NCBI GenBank assembly: GCA_046597055.1
Contig: JBKJLC010000186.1
Coordinates: 1-38,800 of the forward strand
Direction of reading: 5' to 3'
Source of the DNA: Kofleriaceae bacterium
Lineage (GTDB): Bacteria > Myxococcota_A > Polyangia > Haliangiales > Haliangiaceae
DNA length: 38,800 bases
The notes beneath the pieces were generated by a model. The model saw only the letters and a program-made list of their open reading frames with translations. It ran no database searches and was not told the origin of the DNA. Position numbers and translations under genes: made by a program. Positions 17,193-26,733 of this stretch are shown piece by piece; position 1 is the stretch's first letter, and every line of letters starts with the position of its first letter.

Positions 17193-18878
17193 ATGTACCC
17201 ACGAAACGCGCTGATTCCCATTCTTGCCGGACTCTGCCTGTCTGGCCTGGTCACTGGCTGCACCGACGACGCATCGGTCGGCACCGTCGAGACCGCCGTC
17301 CGCGGTCCGAGCAGCGGTCCCTACCGCTGGTGGGAAAACGAACGCGCCACGCGCGAGGCCGCGCTGGCCGCGCACCTCGCGACCCAGGCCGAGAACTTCG
17401 CCAAGTACCGGAGCCTGCCGGCCGGCACCATCGGCATCCCGACGATCATCTTCCGCCTGTTTCCCGAGGTCTTGCCGCAGCTGTGGGGTCCGCCGTCCTC
17501 CAACTTCGCGGTGCTCGGCCTCGCGAACGATCCGTATGATCCCGGCGCGGTGCTGCCGCTCGGGCTCGGCCACATCCGCGGCGCCAACCCGGTGCCGACC
17601 CCCGCCGGCAACGTCCACCTGCGCGTCGTCGGCATGACCTGCGCGACCTGCCACAGCGGTCGCGTCCAGCTCCCGAGCGGCGAGATCCAGGACATCATTG
17701 GCGGCCCGTCCACCGAGTTCAAGTTCCACCTGTACCGCACGCTCCTGGCGGTCACGGTCAATCACCCGAGCTACACCGCCGCCGCCTTCCGCGCCGCGCT
17801 CGCGGACAAGCCGGCGGGCTGGCTCTACAACGACCCCGCGCTCGCGGTGCAAGAGGCGACCGAGCGCGCCGTCTTCGACGCCGCGGCCGAGCAACTCCTG
17901 GCCTCGGTCAAGGGCTCCATCAACGCCGGCGTCGCGCATGGCCGGCAGACGCTCGGCGCCCACACCTACGCGGTCCCCAACGCGCCCAGCCTCAGCACCC
18001 AGCCCCATCCTGGGCAGATGGATGCCATGGGCGGCTACGCAGCGATGTCCATCAGCCTGGCGCAGTTTCCGGATCCGGCCGCGCTCAAGGCGGTGCTGCC
18101 ACCGCGGCCCGCGCTGGTCGACCAGATGTACATCTGGAAGGCCGGTGATCGGCCGAGCACCAAGTGGGGCGGCGAGGTCGTCGACCCGACCCACTCGCTG
18201 GCCGCCGCCGCCATGGGCATGGTCAGCAATCCGAACTTCGTGAACATGGAGGCCGTCAATGCCTCCGTGGAGTTCACGGCGGACCTGCCCGCCAAGCCCT
18301 ATCCGTTCTCGGTTCATCGCGCGAAGGCCGCGCGGGGTGCGGTGCTGTTCGAGCGTCACTGCGCCAGCTGCCACGCGCCCGGCAACGACAACCTGTTGAC
18401 GCCCGCCGAGGTCGGCACCGACGGCAACCGCGCCATCGTGCTGACCGACTACACCGTCGCAGCGCTGCGCCAGATGATCCGCATCGCCTGCAGCGATCCG
18501 GTCACCTGCCGTGACGCCCACGGCGACCCGCTCCCCGACGACAGCGTGATGCGCAAGACCGGCGCGTACGCGGCGCTGCCGCTCGATGGCATCTGGTCGC
18601 GCGCCCCGTACCTCCATAACGGCTCGGTACCGACCCTGCGCGCGCTGCTCACCGGCGACCGGCCCGCGACCTTTTACCGGGGCAACATCAGCTACGACCA
18701 GGACAACGTCGGCTTCACCTGGGATCGCGCCGAGGGTGCCAACGCCGCCCTGTACCAGACCACGCTCGAGGGCAACTCGAACATCGGCCACAGCGCGGCC
18801 GCGTTCACGGGGGGCATCGACTGGCGCCACAACGCGGACAAGCTCGACGACCTGCTCGAGTACATGAAGACGCTGTAA
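17193..18878 (+). CDS. Di-heme c-type cytochrome lipoprotein, RoxA/MauG-related (copy 2, tandem paralog)
   Basis: LVTGC lipobox, CATCH, CASCH, YLHNGSVPTL. Long stretches are identical to copy 1. Confidence 0.88.
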   Translation: MYPRNALIPILAGLCLSGLVTGCTDDASVGTVETAVRGPSSGPYRWWENERATREAALAAHLATQAENFAKYRSLPAGTIGIPTIIFRLFPEVLPQLWGPPSSNFAVLGLANDPYDPGAVLPLGLGHIRGANPVPTPAGNVHLRVVGMTCATCHSGRVQLPSGEIQDIIGGPSTEFKFHLYRTLLAVTVNHPSYTAAAFRAALADKPAGWLYNDPALAVQEATERAVFDAAAEQLLASVKGSINAGVAHGRQTLGAHTYAVPNAPSLSTQPHPGQMDAMGGYAAMSISLAQFPDPAALKAVLPPRPALVDQMYIWKAGDRPSTKWGGEVVDPTHSLAAAAMGMVSNPNFVNMEAVNASVEFTADLPAKPYPFSVHRAKAARGAVLFERHCASCHAPGNDNLLTPAEVGTDGNRAIVLTDYTVAALRQMIRIACSDPVTCRDAHGDPLPDDSVMRKTGAYAALPLDGIWSRAPYLHNGSVPTLRALLTGDRPATFYRGNISYDQDNVGFTWDRAEGANAALYQTTLEGNSNIGHSAAAFTGGIDWRHNADKLDDLLEYMKTL

Positions 18879-18939
18879 CCGTCACGCACGCATGCACTCG
18901 CGCGCCCGTCGGCCACCCGGCCGGCGGGCGTTCCTGCGT
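18879..18939 (+). terminator. 3' hairpin element (copy 2)
   Basis: Same 61-nt element; the single difference (18918) lies in the hairpin loop. Sits between convergent genes. Confidence 0.55.
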
Positions 18940-18956
18940 GGGTCGCCGCCGGCGGA

Positions 18957-19526
18957 TCAGGGCGCGCGGCGGGCCCGGATCGCCGTTGCCCGATCGCGCA
19001 CCACCACCACCGGATCGCGCGCGAGGCGCTCGAGCGCACGCTCAGCGTCGGGGCCCTCGATGCCTTCGAGCGCACGCGCCATCGTAGCGCGCACGTCCTC
19101 GGACGGATCTTCGACCGCAAACTGGAACAACTGTCGCTGGGCCTCCGCGCCCCCGAGGCCGGCCAGCGCCTCGACGACCATCACCCGGACGACCGGCGCG
19201 CGATCGTCCGCCAGCTTCGTCAGCAGCGGCAGCGCGCGCGGATGATGAGTCGCGGCGAGCTGGTACGCCGCCTCGCTCCGCATCAGCGGGTCCGGATCGG
19301 CGACCGCCGCGACGATCGCCTCGGCCGCATCCGGCGACTCGGCGGCGATCATCGCCCGCAGCCGGGCCCGGCGATCACCCTCGCTCGGCGGCATGGTCGC
19401 GCCGTCCGTTCCTGCATCGGTCGTGCTCACGCCGGCCTCCCTCTTTCGTGCACCCTCGTTTTGCTGCGGCGTCCCACCACAGGCCCCGACGATCGTCACC
19501 ACCGCGAGAATCGACGGGCGGCTCAT
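18957..19526 (-). CDS. HEAT-repeat lipoprotein (candidate immunity/partner protein)
   Basis: [16 protein letters not shown] lipobox. PBS-lyase-type HEAT repeats ([42 protein letters not shown]). ATGA overlap with the upstream stop. Confidence 0.82.
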   Translation of the reverse strand: MSRPSILAVVTIVGACGGTPQQNEGARKREAGVSTTDAGTDGATMPPSEGDRRARLRAMIAAESPDAAEAIVAAVADPDPLMRSEAAYQLAATHHPRALPLLTKLADDRAPVVRVMVVEALAGLGGAEAQRQLFQFAVEDPSEDVRATMARALEGIEGPDAERALERLARDPVVVVRDRATAIRARRAP

Positions 19527-21667
19527 CCCAACGCCTTGATCAGATGCGTGCTGTACAGCGACTCGATGTCGCCGATGTTCTGAAATACTTTGTTCTCGAG
19601 GTCCGGGGCCTTGCCAGCGTCGATCGCCGCGAAATCGGTCTGCGCCTGGCCCGAGATGTTGTCGAGACGGCTCGACGACTCCTTGTCGAGAATCGTGCGC
19701 AACTGCGCCTCGTAGGCGGTGAGGTTCGCCTGTGTCTTGGCCGCCTCCATCTCCATGAAGATGTCGGCGATACTGCCTATCAGCACCACGGGGAGCGCGA
19801 ATGCCGGGCCGGGGCACAGCGCCCACGCGACGTTCACGCCGCGCCCGACCCACGTCCGGGCCGTGCCCAGATCGCCAAGCTTCTCGCGCAGGTGCTTGGT
19901 CTTCTTGGCGATCCACGCCTCGCCAACCGACTGCACCGCCTGGCGGATGCCGATGTAGAGCTTGATGTAGCGGACCTCGACCGAGTTCTTGTGGATGTCC
20001 TTGTCCATCAACTTGGTCTTCTCGTTGATGGCGTCGGTGTACTCGTCCCGCGCCGCGTCGACAGCCTTGGTCGGCGCGCCCACGTCCTTGAGGATGTCGC
20101 GCAGGTCGCGCTCGACGTCGGGCACCTCGGTGCGCACGTTGGGATCGTCGACGTTGGCGACCATCACGTCCGTCATGGCGTCCATGAAGCCGAGCGCGAT
20201 CGAGCCGCTCTTGGTGCGGCGCACCAGGTCCTTCACCGCCTCGTAGAATGCCTTGCGGATCTTGGCGCCGCCGGGCCCGACCGACTTCTTGTCGTGGACC
20301 CAGGTCTCCATGTATTTGTTGGTCGCACCGTGCGCCGCGGTGGTGATCTGGCTTTTCGGCGCCTTCACCATGGCGTCGAACGGCGCCAGGTGTCCGCTGA
20401 CGCTGTCGTAGTAGACGGCGAAGCCGAGGTCGCTCATCCAGCCATCTTTCTGGCGGAAGCTGTCATCGGCCTTGACCGACCCGCTGGACCACATCGCCTG
20501 AGCCAGCGATGTCGCATATGCGCGGTGCTCGGCGATCCGTTGCATTGCGAGGATCGCCGCCGCCACTGGAGACGTGTACGAGCTCTTGGGATCCTCCATG
20601 TCCGACACCTCGCCGTCGGCGGCCTTGGTGATCAGATTGGTCTTGTTGAGGATCACCGCGAGCACGGCATCTTCCTCGGCCTTGTGCTCGACGAGCCACG
20701 CCTGCCAGGTCGCCGCCGACGCCGGCTCATTGGGCGCCATGATCGACACGACCTTGATCGGATCGACGTTGTGAGTCGAGGAACCCGAAGGCGCGCTCTT
20801 GGCCTTGTCCTTGACCTTGCTCACCAGGTCCGCAATCGACTTGTCATTGGCCGAGCCGTTGAAGTCGGGCAGGGTTTGCCGCCAGTAGACCACGCGCGCC
20901 TCGACGCCCTTGATGTGACCCTCGAGCACCTCCTTGCTGTTCTCGCCCGAGAGCAGCGAGGTGAGCATGGCGGGCACCTCGTCGGGTGGAATGTGAAGAC
21001 GGGGACCTGCGCCCGGCGCGATATCCTTCTGGGCTTCGCTGCCCGAGGTGAAGGTCCCGCCGGCCTGGTAATCGAGACCGGCAGTCTTGAACTCGTCCTT
21101 CTTCTGTACCGCCCCCCGCATCTGTACCGCGCCGCCATCGCCGCCGACCGCGGGCCCGAGCAAGCCGGCCGCGGACTCTCCCGCGACCACGCGATCCGCG
21201 ACCGCGTCCGCATGCTGCTCGTAGACATCCGCCACCTCGCCGAGGCCGCCCTTCAGCTGGACGCCGGCGCGCTGCTGGACGACGTGTGCGGTCTCGTGCG
21301 CGGCCGTGTGCAGGTCAGGTTCGGCGCCGAAGACGACATGGTCGCCGGTGGCGAACGCCTGTGCGCCGAGCGCGGCGCTCGCATCGCTCGCCGCGCTGCC
21401 GGTGTGAGCGCGCACGCTCTGCACGTAGTGGGCGCCAAACGATGCCTGGATCTGATCGATGAACGGTAGACGCTCGCCGGGCCCGGCCGCCCCGACATCG
21501 GCGATGCGGTGAACTTGTTCCGAGTCACCGTCCGACCCGCGCTCGGCCTGCACCGGCGTACCCGCGTCTCGCGACTCGACCAGGCTACGCTTGCCGGCCG
21601 CGGGCTCCACCGCGCGTTCGCGCCCACCACTGTCGGAACCCGCCGGCTTCCGGGATCGATCGTTCAT
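19523..21667 (-). CDS. DUF4157 (eCIS core) domain protein with an unrecognised C-terminal region
   Basis: [53 protein letters not shown] (HExxH), [12 protein letters not shown]. About 500 aa of Lys-rich, probably helical C-terminus with one hydrophobic segment. Confidence 0.9.
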   Translation of the reverse strand: MNDRSRKPAGSDSGGRERAVEPAAGKRSLVESRDAGTPVQAERGSDGDSEQVHRIADVGAAGPGERLPFIDQIQASFGAHYVQSVRAHTGSAASDASAALGAQAFATGDHVVFGAEPDLHTAAHETAHVVQQRAGVQLKGGLGEVADVYEQHADAVADRVVAGESAAGLLGPAVGGDGGAVQMRGAVQKKDEFKTAGLDYQAGGTFTSGSEAQKDIAPGAGPRLHIPPDEVPAMLTSLLSGENSKEVLEGHIKGVEARVVYWRQTLPDFNGSANDKSIADLVSKVKDKAKSAPSGSSTHNVDPIKVVSIMAPNEPASAATWQAWLVEHKAEEDAVLAVILNKTNLITKAADGEVSDMEDPKSSYTSPVAAAILAMQRIAEHRAYATSLAQAMWSSGSVKADDSFRQKDGWMSDLGFAVYYDSVSGHLAPFDAMVKAPKSQITTAAHGATNKYMETWVHDKKSVGPGGAKIRKAFYEAVKDLVRRTKSGSIALGFMDAMTDVMVANVDDPNVRTEVPDVERDLRDILKDVGAPTKAVDAARDEYTDAINEKTKLMDKDIHKNSVEVRYIKLYIGIRQAVQSVGEAWIAKKTKHLREKLGDLGTARTWVGRGVNVAWALCPGPAFALPVVLIGSIADIFMEMEAAKTQANLTAYEAQLRTILDKESSSRLDNISGQAQTDFAAIDAGKAPDLENKVFQNIGDIESLYSTHLIKALG

Positions 21668-22328
21668 CGCTGCCTCCTCGTCGCGACCCCACGAGCCGCG
21701 TCCCTGGGGATACCACGGGTCCCGGCCGCCGCCGATTCCCCGTGTATGACGGATCGGTCCGACGTGGCCGTTGCCGGATCATGCCATCCACGTGGGCAGC
21801 GGTTGGAGGACCGGAGGGTCAGCGGATCGGGTCGCGAGTCGGGCCTTCCAGCCTCGACAGCGGCGAGGCCAGGTAGGCGTCGACCGTCATGGCGTGTCTT
21901 GGCGTCCCATCAATGCACCGTTTTACCAGTACCACCAGCCCGGCATACAGGCGCGCCCACGGCGCCGCCGGGTTGGCGCGCTCGAGGTCCGGGTCCACGC
22001 GCACGAGCGCCACCCATCCGCGCGGAGCGGCCCCCGGAACGAAGTTTCGCGATCGGGCGGCAACGATGGGGACGACAACGTTGCCGCGACGCAACGCTCT
22101 CGGCCTCGCCGCGGCGGGCTGCTCGTACGGCGTTGATCTGACTGAGTAACGGGATGGAGGCCCTGGGGGTGCGGTTGCTCGCCAGCGCGGCCCTCATGGT
22201 CCGGCGCTGCCGAGCTGGCGATGCGCGCGGGCCGATGCCGCGCCGGTCGTCAAGCGCGGATCACGTGCGCTCGCCGCGGATCCAGCGACGCCAAAGGCAT
22301 CGATCGTCCGAGTCGACCAGCTCGGCGG

Positions 22329-23408
22329 TCAGCTCTTCCGGGCCAGGCGCAGCAGGTGCACCTGGTAGTGCATGGTCGAGCGGTCGTTGAGGCGCAGGGC
22401 CCACGGGACCCGGTCGCGCTCCTCGACGATGATCAGCTTGGTGTCCACCCCCGCCTCGGCCGCGGGCGAGAGGACCTTGCGGAGGATGAGCTCGCTGCGG
22501 CCCTCGAAGGCGTCGCGCTGGGAGTGACCGCCGAGCCAGTGTTCGGCGGCGGTGGCGGTAGCAGACCAGTCGTAGGGCGTGGTCAGGGCGGCTGGGGCGC
22601 CGGGGGCGAGGACGCGTCCGAGCTCGATCAGGTGGGCCAACGGGGATGGCACACAGTCGAGGACGTTGAGCGAGAGGGCGCCGGCGGCGGCGCCGTCCGC
22701 GAATGGGAGCGCGCAGGCGTCGGCGCACAGGAAGGCGACCGGCTCGCGGGGAAGGCCGTCGAGGGTGGCCTCGCGCGGGTCGAAGACCAGGCCGACCCGG
22801 CGCTGGGGCCAGGCGATGCGGCCGGTGCGGCGCGCTTGCTCGGCGCGGCGGAGCATGGAGAAGTTGAGGTCGACGCCGACGACGAAGTCGGCGCCGGCGC
22901 GGGCGAGCTCGAAGGTCGCGCGGCCGACCGAGCAGCCGAGATCGAGCCACATGCCCCCGGTGGTGCCGGGCGATGGCAGGGTCTCGAGGGCGCCGGCGAT
23001 CAGGGGCGGGAGGGTGCCGTTGTCGGGCAGGCGACCGGCGAGGTCGCGATCGCCCCAGTGGGCGCCGGCGTAGGCCGAGAGATCGTGGCGCTCGCGATCG
23101 AGGCTGACGCCGCGGCCGGCAGCGTCGCCGAGGAGGGTCGTCATCCACGGCGACAGGTCGTCGCGGCGCATGAGCGGCTCGAGCTGGTGGCCGACCCAGG
23201 TCGCCATCTCGGCGAGCGCGATCACGATGCCGTCGATGATCGGGTGCTCGCGGCGGCACAGGGTCGCCGGGCAGTGGAGGACGGCCTCGATCAGCTCGTC
23301 GCCGTCGGCCCGCTCGACGTGCGCGAGCACCAGCCGCGGCGCATCACGGCCGGCGGCGCGGCAGGTCGGGCACACCAGCCCGAGGCGCTCGAGGTGCGAC
23401 CGCTGCAC
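22329..23408 (-). CDS. Class I SAM methyltransferase with an N-terminal Zn-ribbon (Trm112-like) domain
   Basis: CPTC...CPATLCRREHPIIDGI; WLDLGCSVGR, VGVDLN, CADACALPF, LNVLDC, LTTPYDW. Confidence 0.88.
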   Translation of the reverse strand: MQRSHLERLGLVCPTCRAAGRDAPRLVLAHVERADGDELIEAVLHCPATLCRREHPIIDGIVIALAEMATWVGHQLEPLMRRDDLSPWMTTLLGDAAGRGVSLDRERHDLSAYAGAHWGDRDLAGRLPDNGTLPPLIAGALETLPSPGTTGGMWLDLGCSVGRATFELARAGADFVVGVDLNFSMLRRAEQARRTGRIAWPQRRVGLVFDPREATLDGLPREPVAFLCADACALPFADGAAAGALSLNVLDCVPSPLAHLIELGRVLAPGAPAALTTPYDWSATATAAEHWLGGHSQRDAFEGRSELILRKVLSPAAEAGVDTKLIIVEERDRVPWALRLNDRSTMHYQVHLLRLARKS

Positions 23409-23446
23409 GCGTGGCTAGCCCGGGATCGTCGACGTGAACATCGCGC

Positions 23447-23833
23447 TCAGCCGCCGATCATGACGGTCGGCGAGCACGGCGGCATGATCTTGCCCACCGG
23501 CGCCGGGATCGGCGCGACGCAGCCGGTGTGCGCGGTCATGTCGTTGGCGCGGGCGGCCGGGCGGCCCTCGATGAAGACCGTAGCGGAGCCCTTGGCCACC
23601 ATGCCGGGTCCGTTGGGGACGCAGCTCGGCAGCGTGCACGGCGTGCTCATGGTGCCGACCACCGCCGCCTCGAGGTTGTTGATCTTCGTCATCATCGCCG
23701 TCAGCGACGTCATCGTGAGCGGCAGGCCCGGGTGCGGCACCGGGGTCGGCACCGGCGCCGGCGGATGGATCGGCGCGTGGCAGTGCGGCGAGTCCTGCTT
23801 CATCATGTCGGTCTTGCGGGCGGCGGCGGGCAT
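23447..23833 (-). CDS. PAAR domain protein
   Basis: MPAAARKTD, GSATVFIEGRPAARANDMTAH, CSPTVMIGG; His/Cys residues suitable for metal binding. Confidence 0.93.
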   Translation of the reverse strand: MPAAARKTDMMKQDSPHCHAPIHPPAPVPTPVPHPGLPLTMTSLTAMMTKINNLEAAVVGTMSTPCTLPSCVPNGPGMVAKGSATVFIEGRPAARANDMTAHTGCVAPIPAPVGKIMPPCSPTVMIGG

Positions 23834-23841
23834 GGCGTCCT

Positions 23842-24264
23842 CTAGTTCAGGTAGATCATCTTGCCGTTGACGTGGACCTCGCCCTTGGCGTCGACCCGCA
23901 CGTCGGCCTCGCCGGCGATCTTGATGGCGCCCTGCGACTCGAGCGCCATCCCCTCTGCGGTCCGCACGTTGAACTGCTTGGCCTCGACGTCGACCGACTC
24001 GCTGGCCTTGAGCTGGATGCGGACGCTCTCCATCTGGAGCACCGGGCCCTGCTCGGTCATCTTGATGCGGACCTCGAGCTGACCGGAGGAGGCACGGATC
24101 TCGACCAGCTCCTCGGTGCCCGCGCCCGCGACCGTCAGCGTCCGGCCGTCGCGGAGGTACAGCTGGCGAACCTCCCCGCGCTCGGCGAGCTCGTGGGCCG
24201 CGTCGTGCTCGCTCTGCGGCTCGGCGGCGAGCTGCGCGAGTTTCTCCTTGGGTTCAACGGACAT
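23842..24264 (-). CDS. Small gp5/VgrG C-terminal-like beta-stranded spike protein
   Basis: Periodic beta repeats (IQLKASESVDVEAKQFNVRT, IKIAGEADVRVDAKGEVHVNG) ending KMIYLN, 8 nt upstream of the PAAR gene. AGGAG RBS. Confidence 0.7.
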   Translation of the reverse strand: MSVEPKEKLAQLAAEPQSEHDAAHELAERGEVRQLYLRDGRTLTVAGAGTEELVEIRASSGQLEVRIKMTEQGPVLQMESVRIQLKASESVDVEAKQFNVRTAEGMALESQGAIKIAGEADVRVDAKGEVHVNGKMIYLN

Positions 24265-24289
24265 GAGGCTCCTGCGAAGCTAACACATC

Positions 24290-25864
24290 CTACGGAAGGT
24301 CCGCCTCGAACCTTCCTCCGGCAAAGGTCACCCGCGGGCGCGCCGGCGCCGCGGTGGCGTCGCGCAGATCAGCGAGCGTGACCTCGCGATCCCACAGCTG
24401 GACCACGCCGGGCACGCTGGCCGGTGGCGTGCCCCAGCGCGTGTGCAACCACGCGCGCAGCGAGGCCAGGTCGAGCGTGACGAGCTCGCCGTTCGCGCGG
24501 ACCGCCGCGATCGCCGCGCGCGCCTCGCCCACCACGTCGCCGCCGGCCTCGCCCAGGCTGGCGCCGAGCGCACCCGGATCGCCGCCGGCGTGGCGGACGA
24601 CGAGGTCGCGCAGGAAGCCGGCCAGCCACGGCACGGTGTCGAGGTCGGCGCCGGCCCCGACCAGCGCGTGGGCGACCGACCACGCCGCCGGGATGCCGCG
24701 GCGAGCCTCGGCGGTGTGCTCCCAGGCGGCGACGAAGGTGGCGCGCACCGGCGCCAGCAGGCCAGCGGCGAGCGCGCGGTTCCAGTCGGTCTCGACCCCG
24801 AGGCAGGCGTCGGCGTGCACGCTGACCAGGTCGACCTCGGTGGTCGTCCGGGATGCGGACAGCTGGGTCGCCAGCGTGTGCGCGTGGTGCGCGAGCAGCG
24901 GCTCGGGCCACACCGCCAGCCGCGCGTGGACGCGGACGAGCCCGGCCTCGGTCGGCGCCCGGGCCAGCGCGACCTGCAGGTCGTGCTCGGTCCACACCGC
25001 GAGCACGTCCTGCGGGGTCGGCTGATCGGCGGCGGCGGCGATCATCGCGGCGGCGGCGGCGCGGATCGCGACGATCTCGGGGGCGTCGCCGGCCAGGCGG
25101 GCGAGCCCGACGTACGGCGCGACCACGTCGGCGACCGAGACCTCGCCAGCGACCGCGCCGCCGACGCTGCCGGGCAAGCCGGCCCGCCACGCCGCCGCTG
25201 CCGCCTCGATCGCGGCCAGCTCGGCGGGTCCATCGGGCGGCCGCGCGCGCTCGGCCGGGGCCGTACCGCCGACCTCGTCGAGCCAGCCCGCGAGCGCGCG
25301 CAGGCCGGCCCCGGTCCACGGCGTGCGCCACCGGTAGCGCGGCGCCAGCGCGCGGGGATCGAAGCTGGCGTCGAGCGCGCGCAGCCGGCGGCGCGCGTCG
25401 ATCGCCTCGGCGGCAGCCGCCGCACGCTCGAGCGCGCGGGTCTCGACCCGGGCCCGCACGGTCGACCAGAGCAGGCGCGCGTAGGCGCCGATCACCTCGA
25501 TGCCCGGCAGCCGGATCGCGGCCGCGATCGGCGACGCGGCGATCAGCCGCGCGCCGAAGTCGTCGGGGCCGGTCGCCGCCAGGGTCGCGTCCAGCTCGAC
25601 CCTGAGCGCGGTCAGCGCCCACGGGTCGTCGACGGCCGCGGCGGTGCGCGCGTGGCCGACCACGCGATCGAGCCAGGTGCCGCGGGCCAGCTCGAACAGC
25701 TCGCCCGAGGCCGCGCGGTAGCCCGCGACCGTGGTCGCGGCCGTGACCAGCGCGCGCTCGCGGGCCAGCGCCGCCAGCTGGTTGGCGCACGCTGACGGCG
25801 CCGCCCGCGCGGCCTCGTCGAGCGCGGCGAGGTAGCGACGTTGTCCGGCGAGCGCGCGATCCAC
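24290..25864 (-). CDS. Hypothetical Ala-rich helical protein
   Basis: 524-aa ORF with GC3-biased codons; TACGAT box 5 nt before the GTG. No motif recognised. Confidence 0.7.
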   Translation of the reverse strand: MDRALAGQRRYLAALDEAARAAPSACANQLAALARERALVTAATTVAGYRAASGELFELARGTWLDRVVGHARTAAAVDDPWALTALRVELDATLAATGPDDFGARLIAASPIAAAIRLPGIEVIGAYARLLWSTVRARVETRALERAAAAAEAIDARRRLRALDASFDPRALAPRYRWRTPWTGAGLRALAGWLDEVGGTAPAERARPPDGPAELAAIEAAAAAWRAGLPGSVGGAVAGEVSVADVVAPYVGLARLAGDAPEIVAIRAAAAAMIAAAADQPTPQDVLAVWTEHDLQVALARAPTEAGLVRVHARLAVWPEPLLAHHAHTLATQLSASRTTTEVDLVSVHADACLGVETDWNRALAAGLLAPVRATFVAAWEHTAEARRGIPAAWSVAHALVGAGADLDTVPWLAGFLRDLVVRHAGGDPGALGASLGEAGGDVVGEARAAIAAVRANGELVTLDLASLRAWLHTRWGTPPASVPGVVQLWDREVTLADLRDATAAPARPRVTFAGGRFEADLP

Positions 25865-25869
25865 GCCGC

Positions 25870-25886
25870 ATCGTATCCGCTACCAT
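25870..25886. promoter_or_regulatory. Back-to-back divergent -10-like boxes
   Basis: TACGAT on minus (25875-25870) 5 nt before GTG 25864, and TACCAT on plus (25881-25886) 6 nt before ATG 25893. Confidence 0.5.
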
Positions 25887-25947
25887 CGCGGCATGGACCG
25901 CCCCCGGGTCGCCGACCGCCCGCTCGACCCAGGAGCCAGGTAGCGCC

Positions 25948-26718
25948 GTGTGCACCTTGATCGCGCTGGTCGGCGTGGTCCCGGACCATCCGGTGGTGCT
26001 GGCCGCCAATCGCGACGAGTTCTACGACCGGCCAGCGCGGGCGCCGGTCGCGCTCGGGCCCGGGCTGGTCGGCGGGCTCGATCTGCGCTCGGGCGGCTCG
26101 TGGCTGGTGATCGCGCGCGACGGCCGGTTCGCCGGCGTCACCAACCAGCGCGAGCCGGCCGGGCCACCGGCGCCGCGTTCGCGCGGCGAGCTGGTGCGCG
26201 GCCTGGTCGCGTGCGCCGATCGCGCCGCGATGCGCGCGTACCTGGGCGCGATCGATCCCCGCGCGTACGCCAGCGGCAACCTCCTGTACGGCGATCCCAC
26301 CGGGGTCGAGATCGCGTACGTGCGCCGCGCCGGTACGGTCGAGCGGGTCGCGGTCGCGCCCGGCGTCACGGTCCTGACCAACGACCGGCTGGGCTCGCCC
26401 TACTTCCCGAAAGCGGATCACGCCGCGGCCCGGCTGGCGCCGCTGGCGGGCGCACCGTGGGCGACGGTCGCCGCTGCGCTGCCCGCGATCCTCGGCGATC
26501 ACGCGGTGCCGGCCGAGCCACCGCCGGTCCACCCCGACCTGCCGGTCCCGCCCGGGCTCGCCCACGCGCTGCAGGCGCTGTGCATCCACACGCCGCGCTA
26601 CGGCACCCGATCGGCGACGATCGCCGCGCTCGGCGCCGGCGGCGTGCGCGCGCTGGCGTGGGCCGATGGACCGCCGTGCACGACCCCGTTCGTCGACGCG
26701 ATGAGCCGGTTCCCCTGA
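25948..26718 (+). CDS. NRDE/TANGO2 family protein
   Basis: MCTL, AANRDEFYDRP, GGLDLRSGGSWL, VTN, YGTRS motifs. Confidence 0.95.
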   Translation: MCTLIALVGVVPDHPVVLAANRDEFYDRPARAPVALGPGLVGGLDLRSGGSWLVIARDGRFAGVTNQREPAGPPAPRSRGELVRGLVACADRAAMRAYLGAIDPRAYASGNLLYGDPTGVEIAYVRRAGTVERVAVAPGVTVLTNDRLGSPYFPKADHAAARLAPLAGAPWATVAAALPAILGDHAVPAEPPPVHPDLPVPPGLAHALQALCIHTPRYGTRSATIAALGAGGVRALAWADGPPCTTPFVDAMSRFP

Positions 26719-26733
26719 TGCGAGGAGTACGTC

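Noticed and set aside
23409..23441. In-frame ATG...TAG (MFTSTIPG*) just before the methyltransferase GTG, suggesting amber read-through
   Set aside because: No pyl or other recoding evidence. The GTG start already gives a complete Zn-ribbon N-terminus, so chance is likely.
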